This document shows positions 19,088 to 30,421 of a stretch of DNA of 58,348 bases, piece after piece. The DNA lies in assembly GCA_034005815.1 (NCBI GenBank), contig JAVETY010000001.1, positions 1 to 58,348 of the forward strand. Direction: 5' to 3'. This stretch comes from Sulfurimonadaceae bacterium (GTDB lineage Bacteria > Campylobacterota > Campylobacteria > Campylobacterales > Sulfurimonadaceae). Numbering within the stretch: position 1 is the stretch's first letter; every line of letters begins with the position of its first letter. Both the position numbers and the translations under genes were made by a program. The notes below the pieces were generated by a model. That model did not search any database and was not told where the DNA came from. It saw only the letters and a list, made by a program, of their open reading frames with translations.

Positions 19088-21009
19088 CACTCTTTCGACA
19101 AATAGCGATTTTACTATCGATTTTTCTCATTATTTTACTTGCAACAGTCTTGCTGCTTAACTTTCAAAGTGCAAATCAATCAGCAAAAGAGAGACTCTAT
19201 GAAGATGCCAAGAATACCTCTTCATCTCTAGCGCTCTCTCTAGGTAGTGCCAATGGGGATCTTAGTATGATGGCAACGATGATAAACGCTAACTTTGATA
19301 GTGGTAACTACAACCGCATTGTTTTGTTTAATGTGGATGGAGAGATTATTCACGAGAAAAAAAATGAATTACGTGCCATGGATGCACCTCAATGGTTTAT
19401 AGATACGATACATATTGAAGCACCTATAGCAATATCAAATGTTTCTGCTGGATGGAGTCAAGTGGGACTGTTAGAGGTGCAAAGTGATGTGGGATACGCG
19501 TATGTGTATCTTTATACTATTTTTAAAAATCTTTTACTCTCTTTTGCTACTCTCTCTTTTATAGGACTTCTTGTGCTAAATCTTATTTTAGCACTTATAC
19601 TTCGACCACTAAAGAGGATAGAACACCAAGCTGCAGCAGTACTTAGAAATGAGTTTATTATCCAAGAGAATATCCCTTATACAAAAGAATTTCGTGATGT
19701 AATACTCGGGATGAACGCGATGATAACGAAGCTTAAATCTATGTTTGATAAAGCAAGTGATGAACTTAAAAAATATAAAGAACAAGAGTATGTAGATGGA
19801 GTTACAAAACTACGTAATCGTAAATATCTTATAGATAAACTTCCGGAATTTCTGAAAATAGATGCATCTTCTCGCGGGGGTATGAGTATGATGGTAGCTC
19901 TTGTAGGAGCAAAAGAGGCAAATGAACAGATAGGCCATAGAGATGTTGATAATCTTTATGTTGATATTGCTCATATTTTTCAATCTCAGGCAAGGATTTT
20001 TACAAATGCAATTGTCTCACGTATTAATGGGACGGAGTTCTCCCTCTTTTTACCTAATTGCACCGCAGATGAAGGGCTTGCTTTTGCTCAAGAGATTCAT
20101 AAATCGGTACAAGAGTCTATATTATCACGCAATCTAGATGATACAAAAACTTATATTGCGATAGGGCTTTATGAGTACAATCACAAACAAACTATCGCAG
20201 AGTTGCTTTCATACTCTGATAATGCACTCTCAAAAGCAAAATTTACCAATACTCTTATCCATCTTGATACCGCTGAAGAGTCAGTTGAAGTTATGGGAAA
20301 AGATGCATGGCGTAATATTATGAGTGATGCTATAGATTATGCACGTTTTAGTTTTGTTTCTTGGCATGTATATAATGCAAAATTATCCAAAGTAGATCAT
20401 AATGTACTCAGTATTTCGATGCAAGATGAAAAGGGAAATACTTACTCCTATGGGCAGTATATGGCTTCTGCAATCGAGCTAGGGCTTAGTTCTAAAGTGT
20501 ACCAAGCGGCGATAGAGCTTCTTTTTAGGGTCCCAGAGACAAAGCTTAAAAATACAACATGCTCTTTACGCCTCTCTTATGAATACCTTGCATGGGGTGG
20601 CACGTATGGACAACTCACAACACTTTTTGAAGAATTTGCAAATGATTTGCCATTTAAACTTATAGTAGAGGTTCCTGATAAATTAGTACGAGAGAAAAAA
20701 GAGCTTATGCAAAAGTATAAAACTCTTTTTGAAACCTACAATATCGAGATAGGGCTTTTTGAGTTTATAGGAGAGGGGGAGGATTATAACTACCTTCAAG
20801 ATCTACGACCTATTTATATAAAAGCAGAGAGTAGTTACTTTGTAAGTCAAAGTGATGCATCACTGAGTACGCTACGACTTATTACCGATACTATCGGTAC
20901 TTCACTTATTGCTACAAGTGTGATGGATAAAACAACTTATTTAGAGCTAGAGAAAAAAGGAATTTTTATAGTACAAGGAAAGATTACAGAGGTGCTTAAA
21001 CTGATGTAA
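19084..21009 (+). CDS. lapD: LapD/MoxY-type c-di-GMP receptor (degenerate GGDEF and EAL)
   Basis: MTLFRQI, FDSGNY, APQWF and AGW motifs; GGDEF position reads NGTEF; overlaps lapG. Confidence 0.88.
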   Translation: MTLFRQIAILLSIFLIILLATVLLLNFQSANQSAKERLYEDAKNTSSSLALSLGSANGDLSMMATMINANFDSGNYNRIVLFNVDGEIIHEKKNELRAMDAPQWFIDTIHIEAPIAISNVSAGWSQVGLLEVQSDVGYAYVYLYTIFKNLLLSFATLSFIGLLVLNLILALILRPLKRIEHQAAAVLRNEFIIQENIPYTKEFRDVILGMNAMITKLKSMFDKASDELKKYKEQEYVDGVTKLRNRKYLIDKLPEFLKIDASSRGGMSMMVALVGAKEANEQIGHRDVDNLYVDIAHIFQSQARIFTNAIVSRINGTEFSLFLPNCTADEGLAFAQEIHKSVQESILSRNLDDTKTYIAIGLYEYNHKQTIAELLSYSDNALSKAKFTNTLIHLDTAEESVEVMGKDAWRNIMSDAIDYARFSFVSWHVYNAKLSKVDHNVLSISMQDEKGNTYSYGQYMASAIELGLSSKVYQAAIELLFRVPETKLKNTTCSLRLSYEYLAWGGTYGQLTTLFEEFANDLPFKLIVEVPDKLVREKKELMQKYKTLFETYNIEIGLFEFIGEGEDYNYLQDLRPIYIKAESSYFVSQSDASLSTLRLITDTIGTSLIATSVMDKTTYLELEKKGIFIVQGKITEVLKLM

Positions 21010-21020
21010 ACAAGAGAGGC

Positions 21021-21461
21021 TTATGCGTCTCTTGAGTTGAGCCCCTTTGTAACTGCTTCATTTATCTCTTTCTTATATTCAGGATTAAGAGCAGTTAGTT
21101 CTTTATCGAGCATTAAAATTATCTCTTTTGTTGTATTTTTATGTCTACAAATAGCAATCAAAATTGTGTGATAGATAGAAAAATCAGGATGGAGTCTTAG
21201 ACCCATTTTAGGATGGAATTTTCCGTGATATTTGAGAAGCAAACGGCTTGCTTCTTCAAGCTCTTTTTGCGTAGATGTAGGTCTTCTCATCACAGACGCC
21301 AAAGAAGCGAGATCAGTTTTCATCCCATTTTCAATAATAATATCTGCTTTTTTTATTTTTTTTATTTTTTCTTTTTTTGCTGGTGCAAAAAGGAAATAAA
21401 GCAAAATTCCTAAAACTGCAACAAGCCCAATAATCGATTTAATAAGTAGTGTTATTTCCAC
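21021..21461 (-). CDS. Hypothetical protein with N-terminal membrane anchor
   Basis: 146-aa ORF with a single TM followed by a Lys-rich segment. Confidence 0.7.
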   Translation of the reverse strand: MEITLLIKSIIGLVAVLGILLYFLFAPAKKEKIKKIKKADIIIENGMKTDLASLASVMRRPTSTQKELEEASRLLLKYHGKFHPKMGLRLHPDFSIYHTILIAICRHKNTTKEIILMLDKELTALNPEYKKEINEAVTKGLNSRDA

Positions 21462-21570
21462 ATGCCATCTTTTTTTTGCAAATTATACCTTTATCTTAGT
21501 AAAAGAAAAATTTCTCTACTTCAAAGGAGTGAAAATATCTTTTTTAACTAATAATAATTATAATCATGTC

Positions 21571-21909
21571 ATGAAAATCTTAAGACGACATTTCAATAAT
21601 CTCTTTGAGCAAGAGTTAAACCGTGCAAAAAGAGACTCAAAATCTATTTGCCTTATAATGCTAGATGTAGATATGTTTAAGCTATACAACGACAACTATG
21701 GGCACCAAAAAGGAGACTTTGCACTCCAAGAGGTAGCCAAAGTCCTAAAAGCACACGCACGAAGAGCTGGAGACTTTGCATTTCGTTTAGGTGGGGAAGA
21801 GTTTGGTGTTATCCTCACATCAAGCGACTATGAACAATCGCTTCAAGTAGCAGAATCCATTCACCTCAATATAGAAAAATCTGCAATAGAGTTGTGGCTA
21901 CTTCTATAG
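21571..21909 (+). pseudogene. Truncated stand-alone GGDEF domain fragment
   Basis: RRHF, DVDMFKLYNDNYGH and RLGGEEF present; N-terminal D.LT.L.N and C-terminal T.S.G strand absent. Confidence 0.7.
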
Positions 21910-21916
21910 AAGAGGA

Positions 21917-23431
21917 TTAGTTCACTCTTCTTCTATAGCTCAGAGCTTCTAAGAGATGTTTTTTTTGTATCACTTCACTAGAGTCTAAATCTGCTAGTGT
22001 ACGTGCGACTTTTTGTATCTTTTTGATACTTCTAAATGAAAGTGCAAACCTCTCTATAGCGACATCAAGAGTCTCTTTTGCGTCTTCTTCCATTACACAA
22101 TAAAGTTCTACACCTTTATCATCAAGGCGTGCATTAAACTCTTCTTGTCCCCTTTTTTTGGCAAATATATGTGCTTCAAGTACCTTTTTGTGCATCTCTT
22201 TTGAACCCATTGATGAGATGTCATTCTTGTTGACATTTTGCATCACAACATTTAAATCTATCCTATCCAAAAAAGGGTCAGAGAGTCTATTTTTATAGTT
22301 TTGAATCTCTTTGTCGCTACATCTACATGGCATGTGCTGATGGAGCAAGTTTCCGCAGGGGCAAGGATTCATAGCACCGATAAACATAAAATCGCTTGGA
22401 TATTCTACTTTTGAGTGCACACGTGAGATACGTATTTTTGCATCTTGCATAGGTTCACGAAGTGCTTCTAAAACATTTTTACTAAAGTGGGGTAACTCGT
22501 CAAAAAATAAAACTCCACCGTGGGCGAGCCCAACTTCTCCTATCATAGCCTTGTGCGAGCCTCCACCAAATACACTTGCTAGTGTGGAAGAGTGATGTGG
22601 TGCCCGCAAGTTTCTATGGGGCTTAAATGTAGGCTCTTTAGCTTCTAGTACGTCAAGTTTTGCTTGGTCGAGGATCTCATCCATCTTCATAGGTGGTAAG
22701 ATATAGCGGATGCGTTTGACTATCATACTTTTACCACATCCTGGGCTTCCCTCAAAGAGTATATTATGAAATCCTGCTGCTGCTATAAGTGCTGCTCGTT
22801 TTGCTACTTCTTGCCCCTTTACATCTATAAAATCTTCAGGATACTCTTTGGTATAAAAATATTTCTCTTTTTCTATCTCATAAAAAGGGTACTCATCTGT
22901 GACTTCTGGGATAAAAGGTAGGGCATGTTCTTGATTGCGTAAAAGGGTGCTTGCTTCCTCAAGAGTTTTTACCCCATAAAAAGTGATATCTGGTATTTTA
23001 GAGAGCTTAGGAAGTATGGCATGTGGGACTATCACTTTTGATAAAAGCTTTTGATTTGCAAGTGAGAGAATCAGTGGATAGAGGAGGAGGTTTTCTTTTA
23101 CCATCCCATCAAGTCCTAGCTCACCAAAAACAAACCATTCCCCCAAATCCTCCTCTAAATCATTGAGGATAATCAAAAGAGCGATACTGAGATCAAATTG
23201 GCTTCCCTCTTTACGTAAATCGCTAGGAGAAAGACTCATGGTGATGCGTTTGGGTGGGAAAGTAAAGTTATTACTTAAGAGGGCTGATTTTACTCTCTCT
23301 TTTGCTTCAGTAATCGAAGCAGATGCGATGCCTACAATGGAGAATGAGGGGAGGCCTTTTGTAAGGGTTGATTCCACGGCGACAACTTTTGCTTCAAGAC
23401 CCTCATAGGTTGCACAACGAACATGCTTCAT
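21917..23431 (-). CDS. comM: YifB/ComM Mg-chelatase-like AAA ATPase
   Basis: GLPSFSIVG, GSPGCGKS, RAPHH, FFDELPHF and AMNPCPCG motifs. Confidence 0.93.
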   Translation of the reverse strand: MKHVRCATYEGLEAKVVAVESTLTKGLPSFSIVGIASASITEAKERVKSALLSNNFTFPPKRITMSLSPSDLRKEGSQFDLSIALLIILNDLEEDLGEWFVFGELGLDGMVKENLLLYPLILSLANQKLLSKVIVPHAILPKLSKIPDITFYGVKTLEEASTLLRNQEHALPFIPEVTDEYPFYEIEKEKYFYTKEYPEDFIDVKGQEVAKRAALIAAAGFHNILFEGSPGCGKSMIVKRIRYILPPMKMDEILDQAKLDVLEAKEPTFKPHRNLRAPHHSSTLASVFGGGSHKAMIGEVGLAHGGVLFFDELPHFSKNVLEALREPMQDAKIRISRVHSKVEYPSDFMFIGAMNPCPCGNLLHQHMPCRCSDKEIQNYKNRLSDPFLDRIDLNVVMQNVNKNDISSMGSKEMHKKVLEAHIFAKKRGQEEFNARLDDKGVELYCVMEEDAKETLDVAIERFALSFRSIKKIQKVARTLADLDSSEVIQKKHLLEALSYRRRVN

Positions 23432-23509
23432 AAAACCACCTTTAATAAAGTGGTTCTATTATAATGTATTGATAATACAAAATGTTATTTTATGTCAAAT
23501 TGCAATAAT

Positions 23510-24031
23510 TTAACCTCTATTTTTCTCTTTTTGAAGTTTTTTATACTCTTTTTCAAATTTTTTACGTCTTGAGTAGGTAAGTTTATCAATAAATAAAACT
23601 CCCACAAGATGATCCATCTCATGTTGGATAGCGATACTAAGAAGCTCATCTGCATCAAGCTCATGTGTATTACCATCTCTATCTTGGTACACCACCGTGA
23701 TAGTATCAAAACGCTCTACCTCTTCATAAAATGCTGGAACACTAAGACAACCCTCTTGGTAGCTTGTAGTGCCTTCTTTGGAGAGTATTTTAGGGTTTAT
23801 CATCTCTATGAGTGTTTCTCTTGTTTGCTCATCTTCTGCATCAGGAATGTTTAAAATCAAAATTTGTTTTTGCACGCCTACTTGTATGGCGGCTAAACCT
23901 ATCCCATTTGATTCTAGCATCGTCTCATACATATTATCTAAAAATTGATGTAATTTTGTATCAAAAACCTCTACTGGGAGAGATTTTTGTTTCAGTCGTT
24001 TGTCTGGGTATTCTATAATTTGGAGTATCAT
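23510..24031 (-). CDS. def: Peptide deformylase
   Basis: GIGLAAIQ, EGCLS and QHEMDH motifs. Confidence 0.98.
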   Translation of the reverse strand: MILQIIEYPDKRLKQKSLPVEVFDTKLHQFLDNMYETMLESNGIGLAAIQVGVQKQILILNIPDAEDEQTRETLIEMINPKILSKEGTTSYQEGCLSVPAFYEEVERFDTITVVYQDRDGNTHELDADELLSIAIQHEMDHLVGVLFIDKLTYSRRKKFEKEYKKLQKEKNRG

Positions 24032-25111
24032 CTAAGCCTCTGGAGTTGGTTCTTCTTTTTTTCTAAGCGAAACAGCAAAATCTGCATTTGATTTTGCATA
24101 TGCTTGCTCTATTCCATCAAGTGCACTTACAACTATCTCTTCTACTGAATAGTTGACTGATATATCAGTGATACCTATGGAGATTTTGAGCTGTACCTCT
24201 TGGTCTGCTAGGAAAAAGTTGCTATTTGCAACTAAATCACAAAGTCTTTCACTTGCTTTTTTGGCACTCTCTATATCAGTATGTTTGAGAAGCATAGAGA
24301 ATACTCCATTACCATAGTGTGCTACGGTATCGCTTCTTCTTGATGTTTTTAAAAGGAGTCTTGCTAATGTTCTCGTTGTTAAAAGTATAGACTTTTCATT
24401 TTTTATACTTCGTCTTAAATCTTTATCAAGCTCTATCATGATTAAAGAACTTCTGTGTCTAAACTCTTTAATAAGCCCTATCTCTTGCTCTATTCTAGTT
24501 AAGAGGTAGCGTTTATTGTAGACACCAAATTTATTATCAAAGATAGTTTCATTTTCCACTGTTTTTACGATACCTGCAGTTTCATCGTAAAGTTCTCGCA
24601 TTTGAGTAGTTTGTTTTTTGAGGATTGTATTGAGTTTTTCCACATCTTCCCGCAAAGACTTTGTAATACCTATTCCAATATCAGGATTATCATTAAGTCC
24701 AAATTCCTCTTTTCTTTTATCTAAAATCCTACTCATTAGAACAACATTTTTATAAAGGTTTGCAGTGACTGTAAGGATGTTTTTAATTGATGAGAAACCT
24801 TTTTTAAGCGTTTGCTCTAATTCAACAGTATTCTCATCATTATTTCCCTCTTCAAGCTCTAAAATGGAGATAATTTGCTTACGTAAGTGCTCACTTTTCT
24901 CTTCTAAAAGACGATCAAAGTAGAGAGAGAAATTATTTGGTGTTGGAGGAAGATTATCTTTTATAAGAGCATTAAGAACCTCTTTAGAGTAGAGTTCAAT
25001 GTCACTTGATGGTTCTTCAATCCCAAAAGAAGAGCCTATAATGCTAGTCGTTTCATCATCAGCTTCATCGCCTATTACACGACGTTTCCTGCTTCTTAAA
25101 GAACCTGACAT
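24032..25111 (-). CDS. Degenerate GGDEF-domain protein
   Basis: LPPTPNNF N-domain; C-terminal GGDEF fold with the active site replaced by YGNGVF. Confidence 0.75.
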   Translation of the reverse strand: MSGSLRSRKRRVIGDEADDETTSIIGSSFGIEEPSSDIELYSKEVLNALIKDNLPPTPNNFSLYFDRLLEEKSEHLRKQIISILELEEGNNDENTVELEQTLKKGFSSIKNILTVTANLYKNVVLMSRILDKRKEEFGLNDNPDIGIGITKSLREDVEKLNTILKKQTTQMRELYDETAGIVKTVENETIFDNKFGVYNKRYLLTRIEQEIGLIKEFRHRSSLIMIELDKDLRRSIKNEKSILLTTRTLARLLLKTSRRSDTVAHYGNGVFSMLLKHTDIESAKKASERLCDLVANSNFFLADQEVQLKISIGITDISVNYSVEEIVVSALDGIEQAYAKSNADFAVSLRKKEEPTPEA

Positions 25112-25120
25112 CTCTACTCC

Positions 25121-25714
25121 TTAGGACTCTTTGTCATTTTTAACTAAAATCTCATCAATCAAACCATATTCGATACACTCGTGTGCGCTCATAAAGTTAT
25201 CTCTATCTGTATCTTTTTCTACTTTTTCAACAGATTGGTTACAGTTTTTTGCCAAAATCTCATTGAGTTCTGCTTTGATACGTAAAATCTCTTTTGCTTG
25301 AATAGCAATATCTGTTGCTTGACCTTGCGCTCCACCTAGTGGTTGGTGAATCATAATTCTTGAATGAGGAAGTGCGTAGCGCTTCCCTTTTTCTCCACTT
25401 GAGAGTAAAAATGCTCCCATAGATGCAGCCTGACCAATACAAATAGTTGCTACTTTGGGACGAATATAGTTTATAGTATCATAGATAGCCATCCCTGCAG
25501 TAACTACACCACCTGGAGAGTTTATGTAGAAGAAGATATCTTTTTCAGGATCTTCTGCTTCTAGGAAAAGGAATTGCGCTACTATAGAAGATGCAACTGC
25601 ATCATTGACTTCACCACTTAGCATAACAATTCTATCTTTTAACAGACGTGAATAAATATCATAAGAGCGTTCACCACGCCCTGTTTTTTCAACTACATAA
25701 GGGATATAACTCAT
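25121..25714 (-). CDS. clpP: ATP-dependent Clp protease proteolytic subunit
   Basis: [20 protein letters not shown] and IHQP motifs. Confidence 0.99.
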   Translation of the reverse strand: MSYIPYVVEKTGRGERSYDIYSRLLKDRIVMLSGEVNDAVASSIVAQFLFLEAEDPEKDIFFYINSPGGVVTAGMAIYDTINYIRPKVATICIGQAASMGAFLLSSGEKGKRYALPHSRIMIHQPLGGAQGQATDIAIQAKEILRIKAELNEILAKNCNQSVEKVEKDTDRDNFMSAHECIEYGLIDEILVKNDKES

Positions 25715-25715
25715 A

Positions 25716-27020
25716 TTATACCTCTTTCATCTTTAGGTTTAAAAGCTTGCTTAGAACTTTATCTTCTACCATTGCCATTTGAATTGCTGGAATATATCCC
25801 GCTTTTTTATAGTGCTCATACGCTGCCATTGGGTCTTGACCCATTTGCATCGCTTCAAAGTAGATTGTTTGCATCACTTCTTGCTCACCCACTTTAATGC
25901 TCTCTGCTGTTGCAAGAGCGTCGATGATAAATGTAGCTTTTACACTTTTTGTTGCATCTTCGCGGAATGTTTCACGAAGTTCATTTAATTTTTCTTCGCT
26001 ATTTCTAAGTACTTCAATCTCTTCCGGAGTCATTTCACCCGCTTTTTTATTGAGGGACATATCAATCTCTTGCTCTACTACAAACTCTGGTAAGTCAAAG
26101 TTGAAAGTTGCAACAAAAGTCTCTAAAAGTGCTGGTTTTAACTCATCATTATAAAGTTTTGAAAGCTCTTCATTTTCAATTTGTGTTTTTACTTGCTCTT
26201 TTAATTTTTCTAAAGAAGCATCTTCTTGACCTGGAAGCATTTTTTTCGCTAACTCATCATCAACAGTAACAGCACCTTTTGTTTGGATAGCATTTACTTT
26301 TACTTTAAACTCTGCATCTTTTCCTGCAAGTTTTTCACCGCCGTAGTTTTCTGGGAAAGTTACTTTAACAACTTTTTCTTCCCCTTTTTTCATACCGATG
26401 ATTTGTTCTTCAAATCCTGGGATAAATTGCCCTGAACCAATACGAAGTGAGAAATCTTTTGCAGTACCGCCCTCAAAAAGAATGCCATCCACAGAACCTT
26501 CAAAATCGATAACTGTTGTGTCGCCACTGATGACTGCTCTTTTTTCTTTTACATCTACAAAAGGAGCTTGTGCTTCTGCTAACTCTTCGATTCTTTTTGT
26601 GATATCAGCATCTGTAACTTTTGGTTTATCAAACTCTTTTATTAAAGAAGCATAATCACCCATATCGATTTCTGGTCTCATTGCAACTTTTACAGTTACT
26701 TCGATTGTGTTCTCTTTTTTATCAAATTTAGAAATATTTGGCTCACCGATAAGTGTATCTGCAGCAATGCTTAATGCTTCTAAACCTCTTTTTAAAACTT
26801 CACGTAATGCTTCTGCTTCTGCATCTTGTACTAAACGCTCACCATATTGCTTTTTAACAGCACTTACTGGAACTTTACCTTTTCTAAAACCTGCAATTTT
26901 TGCAGTTTTTGTAAGCTCTTTTGCGATTTTCTCTAAGTTTGTATCGATAATTGCCTGAGTAATTACCGCTTCGATTTGGGCATTTGCACCGTTGATTTTA
27001 TTTGACTTAATTTGCATCAA
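25716..27020 (-). CDS. tig: Trigger factor
   Basis: GFRKGKVP ribosome-binding motif; FIPGFEE. Confidence 0.98.
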   Translation of the reverse strand: MMQIKSNKINGANAQIEAVITQAIIDTNLEKIAKELTKTAKIAGFRKGKVPVSAVKKQYGERLVQDAEAEALREVLKRGLEALSIAADTLIGEPNISKFDKKENTIEVTVKVAMRPEIDMGDYASLIKEFDKPKVTDADITKRIEELAEAQAPFVDVKEKRAVISGDTTVIDFEGSVDGILFEGGTAKDFSLRIGSGQFIPGFEEQIIGMKKGEEKVVKVTFPENYGGEKLAGKDAEFKVKVNAIQTKGAVTVDDELAKKMLPGQEDASLEKLKEQVKTQIENEELSKLYNDELKPALLETFVATFNFDLPEFVVEQEIDMSLNKKAGEMTPEEIEVLRNSEEKLNELRETFREDATKSVKATFIIDALATAESIKVGEQEVMQTIYFEAMQMGQDPMAAYEHYKKAGYIPAIQMAMVEDKVLSKLLNLKMKEV

Positions 27021-27103
27021 TTTCCTTTATTTTCTTTTATATATTTATAGTAGTAGCACTATTTAGTTTGGTAATAATATCCAAAATCTTCTTTTATCTA
27101 TCT

Positions 27104-27559
27104 TTAGTTTTTACAAAAATGTGGTTTGAAATGAAGCACTAAAAACCAAACAACTGCCACATCAATCATTACATCTGCAAAATTAAACACTGCAAAATCA
27201 AATCCGCAATGCCAATAGACCATATCCACCACCCCACCGTGGATAAAACGATCATATACATTTGAAATTGCGCCACCGAGTAAAAGCCCTGCTGGGAATG
27301 CATAACAAAGTTTACCTAGATATATGATGTAGCCAAAAATTCCAATTACCATAACAAATTGGATATATTTGAGCCACTCCTCTAAAAATGCAAACATAGA
27401 AAATGCTACCCCTTTGTTATAAACCAAAATCAAATCTATACACTGAGTGTAGTAGCGAAAACCATCCACAAAAAGCATCTTGATATTCTGATCTATAATA
27501 AATATCCCTGTGAGTGTTAAGACAAGAACACTCAGAAAAAGTGTTTTTTCTTTAGCCAT
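27104..27559 (-). CDS. lspA: Lipoprotein signal peptidase
   Basis: [18 protein letters not shown] and FNFAD motifs. Confidence 0.96.
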   Translation of the reverse strand: MAKEKTLFLSVLVLTLTGIFIIDQNIKMLFVDGFRYYTQCIDLILVYNKGVAFSMFAFLEEWLKYIQFVMVIGIFGYIIYLGKLCYAFPAGLLLGGAISNVYDRFIHGGVVDMVYWHCGFDFAVFNFADVMIDVAVVWFLVLHFKPHFCKN

Positions 27560-28892
27560 TGAGAGCTTTTTCAAAAAAACTTTTTATTCTACCCATTGCA
27601 GTGTTCATCTTTTTTGCATCTTTACACTCTAAAAGGATACGAAGCTTATTTTCTGTTCCAGAGTAGCGTACCAAGTGGCGAATCTGATCTTTCTCTAATG
27701 CTTTGAGTTCCGCATCTAAACCCTCTATTGTTTCAAGTGGTTTCTTTATCCCAATATTGAGATTCACTAATATTTGTGGATAAAGGGAAAATGGACGAAG
27801 CGCTACCGAAGCTGTTTGTTTTTTGCTTATAAGGAGGGCTAACACTTGAAGTGCACTGATAAGTCCATCGCCTGTTTTTGCAAAATCGTTAATGATAACA
27901 TGTCCACTTTGCTCGCCTCCAAAATTTATTCCATTTTTCTTCATTAACTCTAAAACATGTTTATCTCCAACATCGGAGCGAAAAAGCATGAGATTTTTTG
28001 AAGTTAAATACTCATGAAGCCCCTCGTTGCTCATTACAGTAGTAACAATACCGCCACCTTTTAAACTTCCTTTAGAGTGTAGATAGACACCAAGCGCACC
28101 TAAAAGCTGATCTCCATCGACTACATCACCGTTTTCATCTACTATAACTAATCTATCAGCATCACCATCAAGTGCAATCCCTAAATCAGCTCTATATTTT
28201 AAAACAGCGTCACATAAATCTTTTGTATGAAGTGCACCACAATTTTCATTTATATTAAAACCATCTGGTTTATTATGAAGTATGATAACATCCGCGCCAA
28301 GCTCTTCAAAAACTGTAGGACCCACTTTGTATCCTGCACCATTTGCAGTATCTAAAACGATTCGCATCCCTTTTAACGTCAGTTCTCTTGGGAAAGAGTT
28401 TTTGAGTTGTACTATATAACGGCCGATGACATCATCGATTCTTTTTGCTTTACCAATATCTTTTGCTGTTGCTTGTGCCTCTTGAATAAGTGTATCATTT
28501 AAAAAAATCTCTTCTATTTTTTTCTCAACATCGCCTGAGAGCTTATCCCCATGTGCATCAAAAAATTTAATCCCATTATCTTCATATGAGTTATGGGATG
28601 CACTAATCATAATTCCAGCATCACATCGCATGTTTTCAGTTAAAAAGGCAATTGCAGGTGTTGGCATGGGACCTATTTGTATCACATCGTAGCCAATAGC
28701 AGTAAGCCCACTTACAATAGCGTTTTCTATCATATATCCGCTACGTCTTGTATCTTTTCCAACCAAAATTTTATTTGTTGTGGCATGTGCTTTGAAGTAA
28801 ATTCCAGCAGCCATAGCAACTCGCATTGCAAGCTGTGCACTCAAAAAAGAGCCTGCTTCTCCACGGACTCCATCTGTTCCAAAAAGTTTCAT
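27552..28892 (-). CDS. glmM: Phosphoglucosamine mutase
   Basis: [26 protein letters not shown] and RYSGTE motifs. Confidence 0.98.
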   Translation of the reverse strand: MKLFGTDGVRGEAGSFLSAQLAMRVAMAAGIYFKAHATTNKILVGKDTRRSGYMIENAIVSGLTAIGYDVIQIGPMPTPAIAFLTENMRCDAGIMISASHNSYEDNGIKFFDAHGDKLSGDVEKKIEEIFLNDTLIQEAQATAKDIGKAKRIDDVIGRYIVQLKNSFPRELTLKGMRIVLDTANGAGYKVGPTVFEELGADVIILHNKPDGFNINENCGALHTKDLCDAVLKYRADLGIALDGDADRLVIVDENGDVVDGDQLLGALGVYLHSKGSLKGGGIVTTVMSNEGLHEYLTSKNLMLFRSDVGDKHVLELMKKNGINFGGEQSGHVIINDFAKTGDGLISALQVLALLISKKQTASVALRPFSLYPQILVNLNIGIKKPLETIEGLDAELKALEKDQIRHLVRYSGTENKLRILLECKDAKKMNTAMGRIKSFFEKALNG

Positions 28893-29039
28893 AGTTATTT
28901 TCCATTTTTAAGGTGTTGCATTTTAACATATTTTAGAGCACAAAGATGAAATAATGAAACTCTAGCTTGTCTTTAACTTAATTTTAATTATTTTTAAGCT
29001 AGAATTGCGCACTAAATTTATATGAGAAGGACTCATTAC

Positions 29040-29300
29040 ATGGCAAATCATAAGTCATCTATTAAGAGAATTCGCCAAACACTCGTTCGTACTGAGCGTA
29101 ATCGTTTTTACAGAACTCGTCTTAAAAACATTGTAAAAGATGTTACATCTGCTGTTACAGCGGGAAACAAAGAAGAAGCTACAGCAGCATTTAAAGTTGC
29201 TAACAAACAAATTCACAAATTTGTAAGCAAAGGTGTCTTGAAAAAAGAAACTGCAGCTAGAAAAGTAAGTCGTCTACACAAATCTGTAAACGCTCTATAA
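29040..29300 (+). CDS. rpsT: 30S ribosomal protein S20
   Basis: [10 protein letters not shown]...AARKVSRL. Confidence 0.98.
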   Translation: MANHKSSIKRIRQTLVRTERNRFYRTRLKNIVKDVTSAVTAGNKEEATAAFKVANKQIHKFVSKGVLKKETAARKVSRLHKSVNAL

Positions 29301-29313
29301 GGTTAACACACCG

Positions 29314-30381
29314 ATGTTAGCAGATAAACTCAACCCGTTTATCAATCGCTATAATGAACTTAGCAACTTGCTAAGTTCCCCTGATATCACCTCTGATATC
29401 AAAAGAATGACAGCCCTCTCCAAAGAACAATCCTCCCTTTCTAAGATAGTTGCAAAAGCAAAAGAGTACAAATCTGTTTTACAACAAATTACAGAAACTA
29501 AAGCGCTATTAGCAGACTCTGAGATGATGGATATGGCAAAAGAGGAATTAAAATCTCTTGAGCCTCGAGTGGATGAGTTAGAAGATGATATCAAACTTCT
29601 TCTTCTTCCTAAAGATCCCAATGATGATAGAAATATTATCGTGGAACTTCGTGCTGGAGCTGGTGGAGATGAAGCAGCTATCTTTGTTGGAGACCTTTTT
29701 GAGGCTTATGTTCGTTACGCTGAAGTAAAAGATTGGAAAGTAGAGATACTGAGTTCATCTTCTTCAGATGCGGGTGGATATAAAGAGATGATTGCTCTTA
29801 TCAAAGGGGATCAGGTTTATAGTAGGTTGAAATATGAAGGTGGAACACACCGTGTACAGCGTGTTCCTGCAACAGAATCTCAAGGGCGTGTTCACACCTC
29901 TGCTATTACAGTTGCTGTAATGCCAGAAGTGGAAGATGTTGAGATTCAAATCAATGAAAATGACCTTAAAATTGACGTAATGCGTTCAAGTGGATGTGGT
30001 GGACAAAGTGTTAACACGACAGACTCCGCGGTGCGTATCACTCACTTACCAACTGGTATAGTGGTGACCAACCAAGATCAAAAATCGCAACACAAAAATA
30101 AAGAAAAAGCGATGAAAGTACTCAAAGCTAGACTTTATGATTTAGAGATGCAAGAAGCTATGGCCAAAGATAGTGCAAATCGCGCATCTCAAGTTGGTAC
30201 GGGTGATAGAAGTGGGCGTATTAGAACCTACAATTATCCACAAAACCGTATGAGCGATCATAGAATTAACCTTACACTCTACCGTTTGGAAGAGCTTATG
30301 GGAGCTGGATTACTTGATGAAGTTATCGAGCCACTCATAGCAGACCACCAAGCAAAAATCGTAGAAGCAGCAGGACTGTAA
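29314..30381 (+). CDS. prfA: Peptide chain release factor 1
   Basis: GGQ motif and PAT (PxT) tripeptide in VQRVPATE. Confidence 0.98.
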   Translation: MLADKLNPFINRYNELSNLLSSPDITSDIKRMTALSKEQSSLSKIVAKAKEYKSVLQQITETKALLADSEMMDMAKEELKSLEPRVDELEDDIKLLLLPKDPNDDRNIIVELRAGAGGDEAAIFVGDLFEAYVRYAEVKDWKVEILSSSSSDAGGYKEMIALIKGDQVYSRLKYEGGTHRVQRVPATESQGRVHTSAITVAVMPEVEDVEIQINENDLKIDVMRSSGCGGQSVNTTDSAVRITHLPTGIVVTNQDQKSQHKNKEKAMKVLKARLYDLEMQEAMAKDSANRASQVGTGDRSGRIRTYNYPQNRMSDHRINLTLYRLEELMGAGLLDEVIEPLIADHQAKIVEAAGL

Positions 30382-30394
30382 TACTTTTTATCAT

Positions 30395-30417
30395 CTTCAT
30401 GCCATATGGGCATGGAG
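30395..30417. terminator. Hairpin between convergent prfA and pgm, built from degenerate copies of the ATGGCATGT motif
   Basis: CTTCATGCC-ATATG-GGCATGGAG. Confidence 0.65.
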
Positions 30418-30421
30418 ACTT

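Noticed and set aside
29314-30381. Programmed frameshift in the release factor gene
   Set aside because: This is RF1 (PxT motif) with a continuous ORF; the frameshift belongs to prfB
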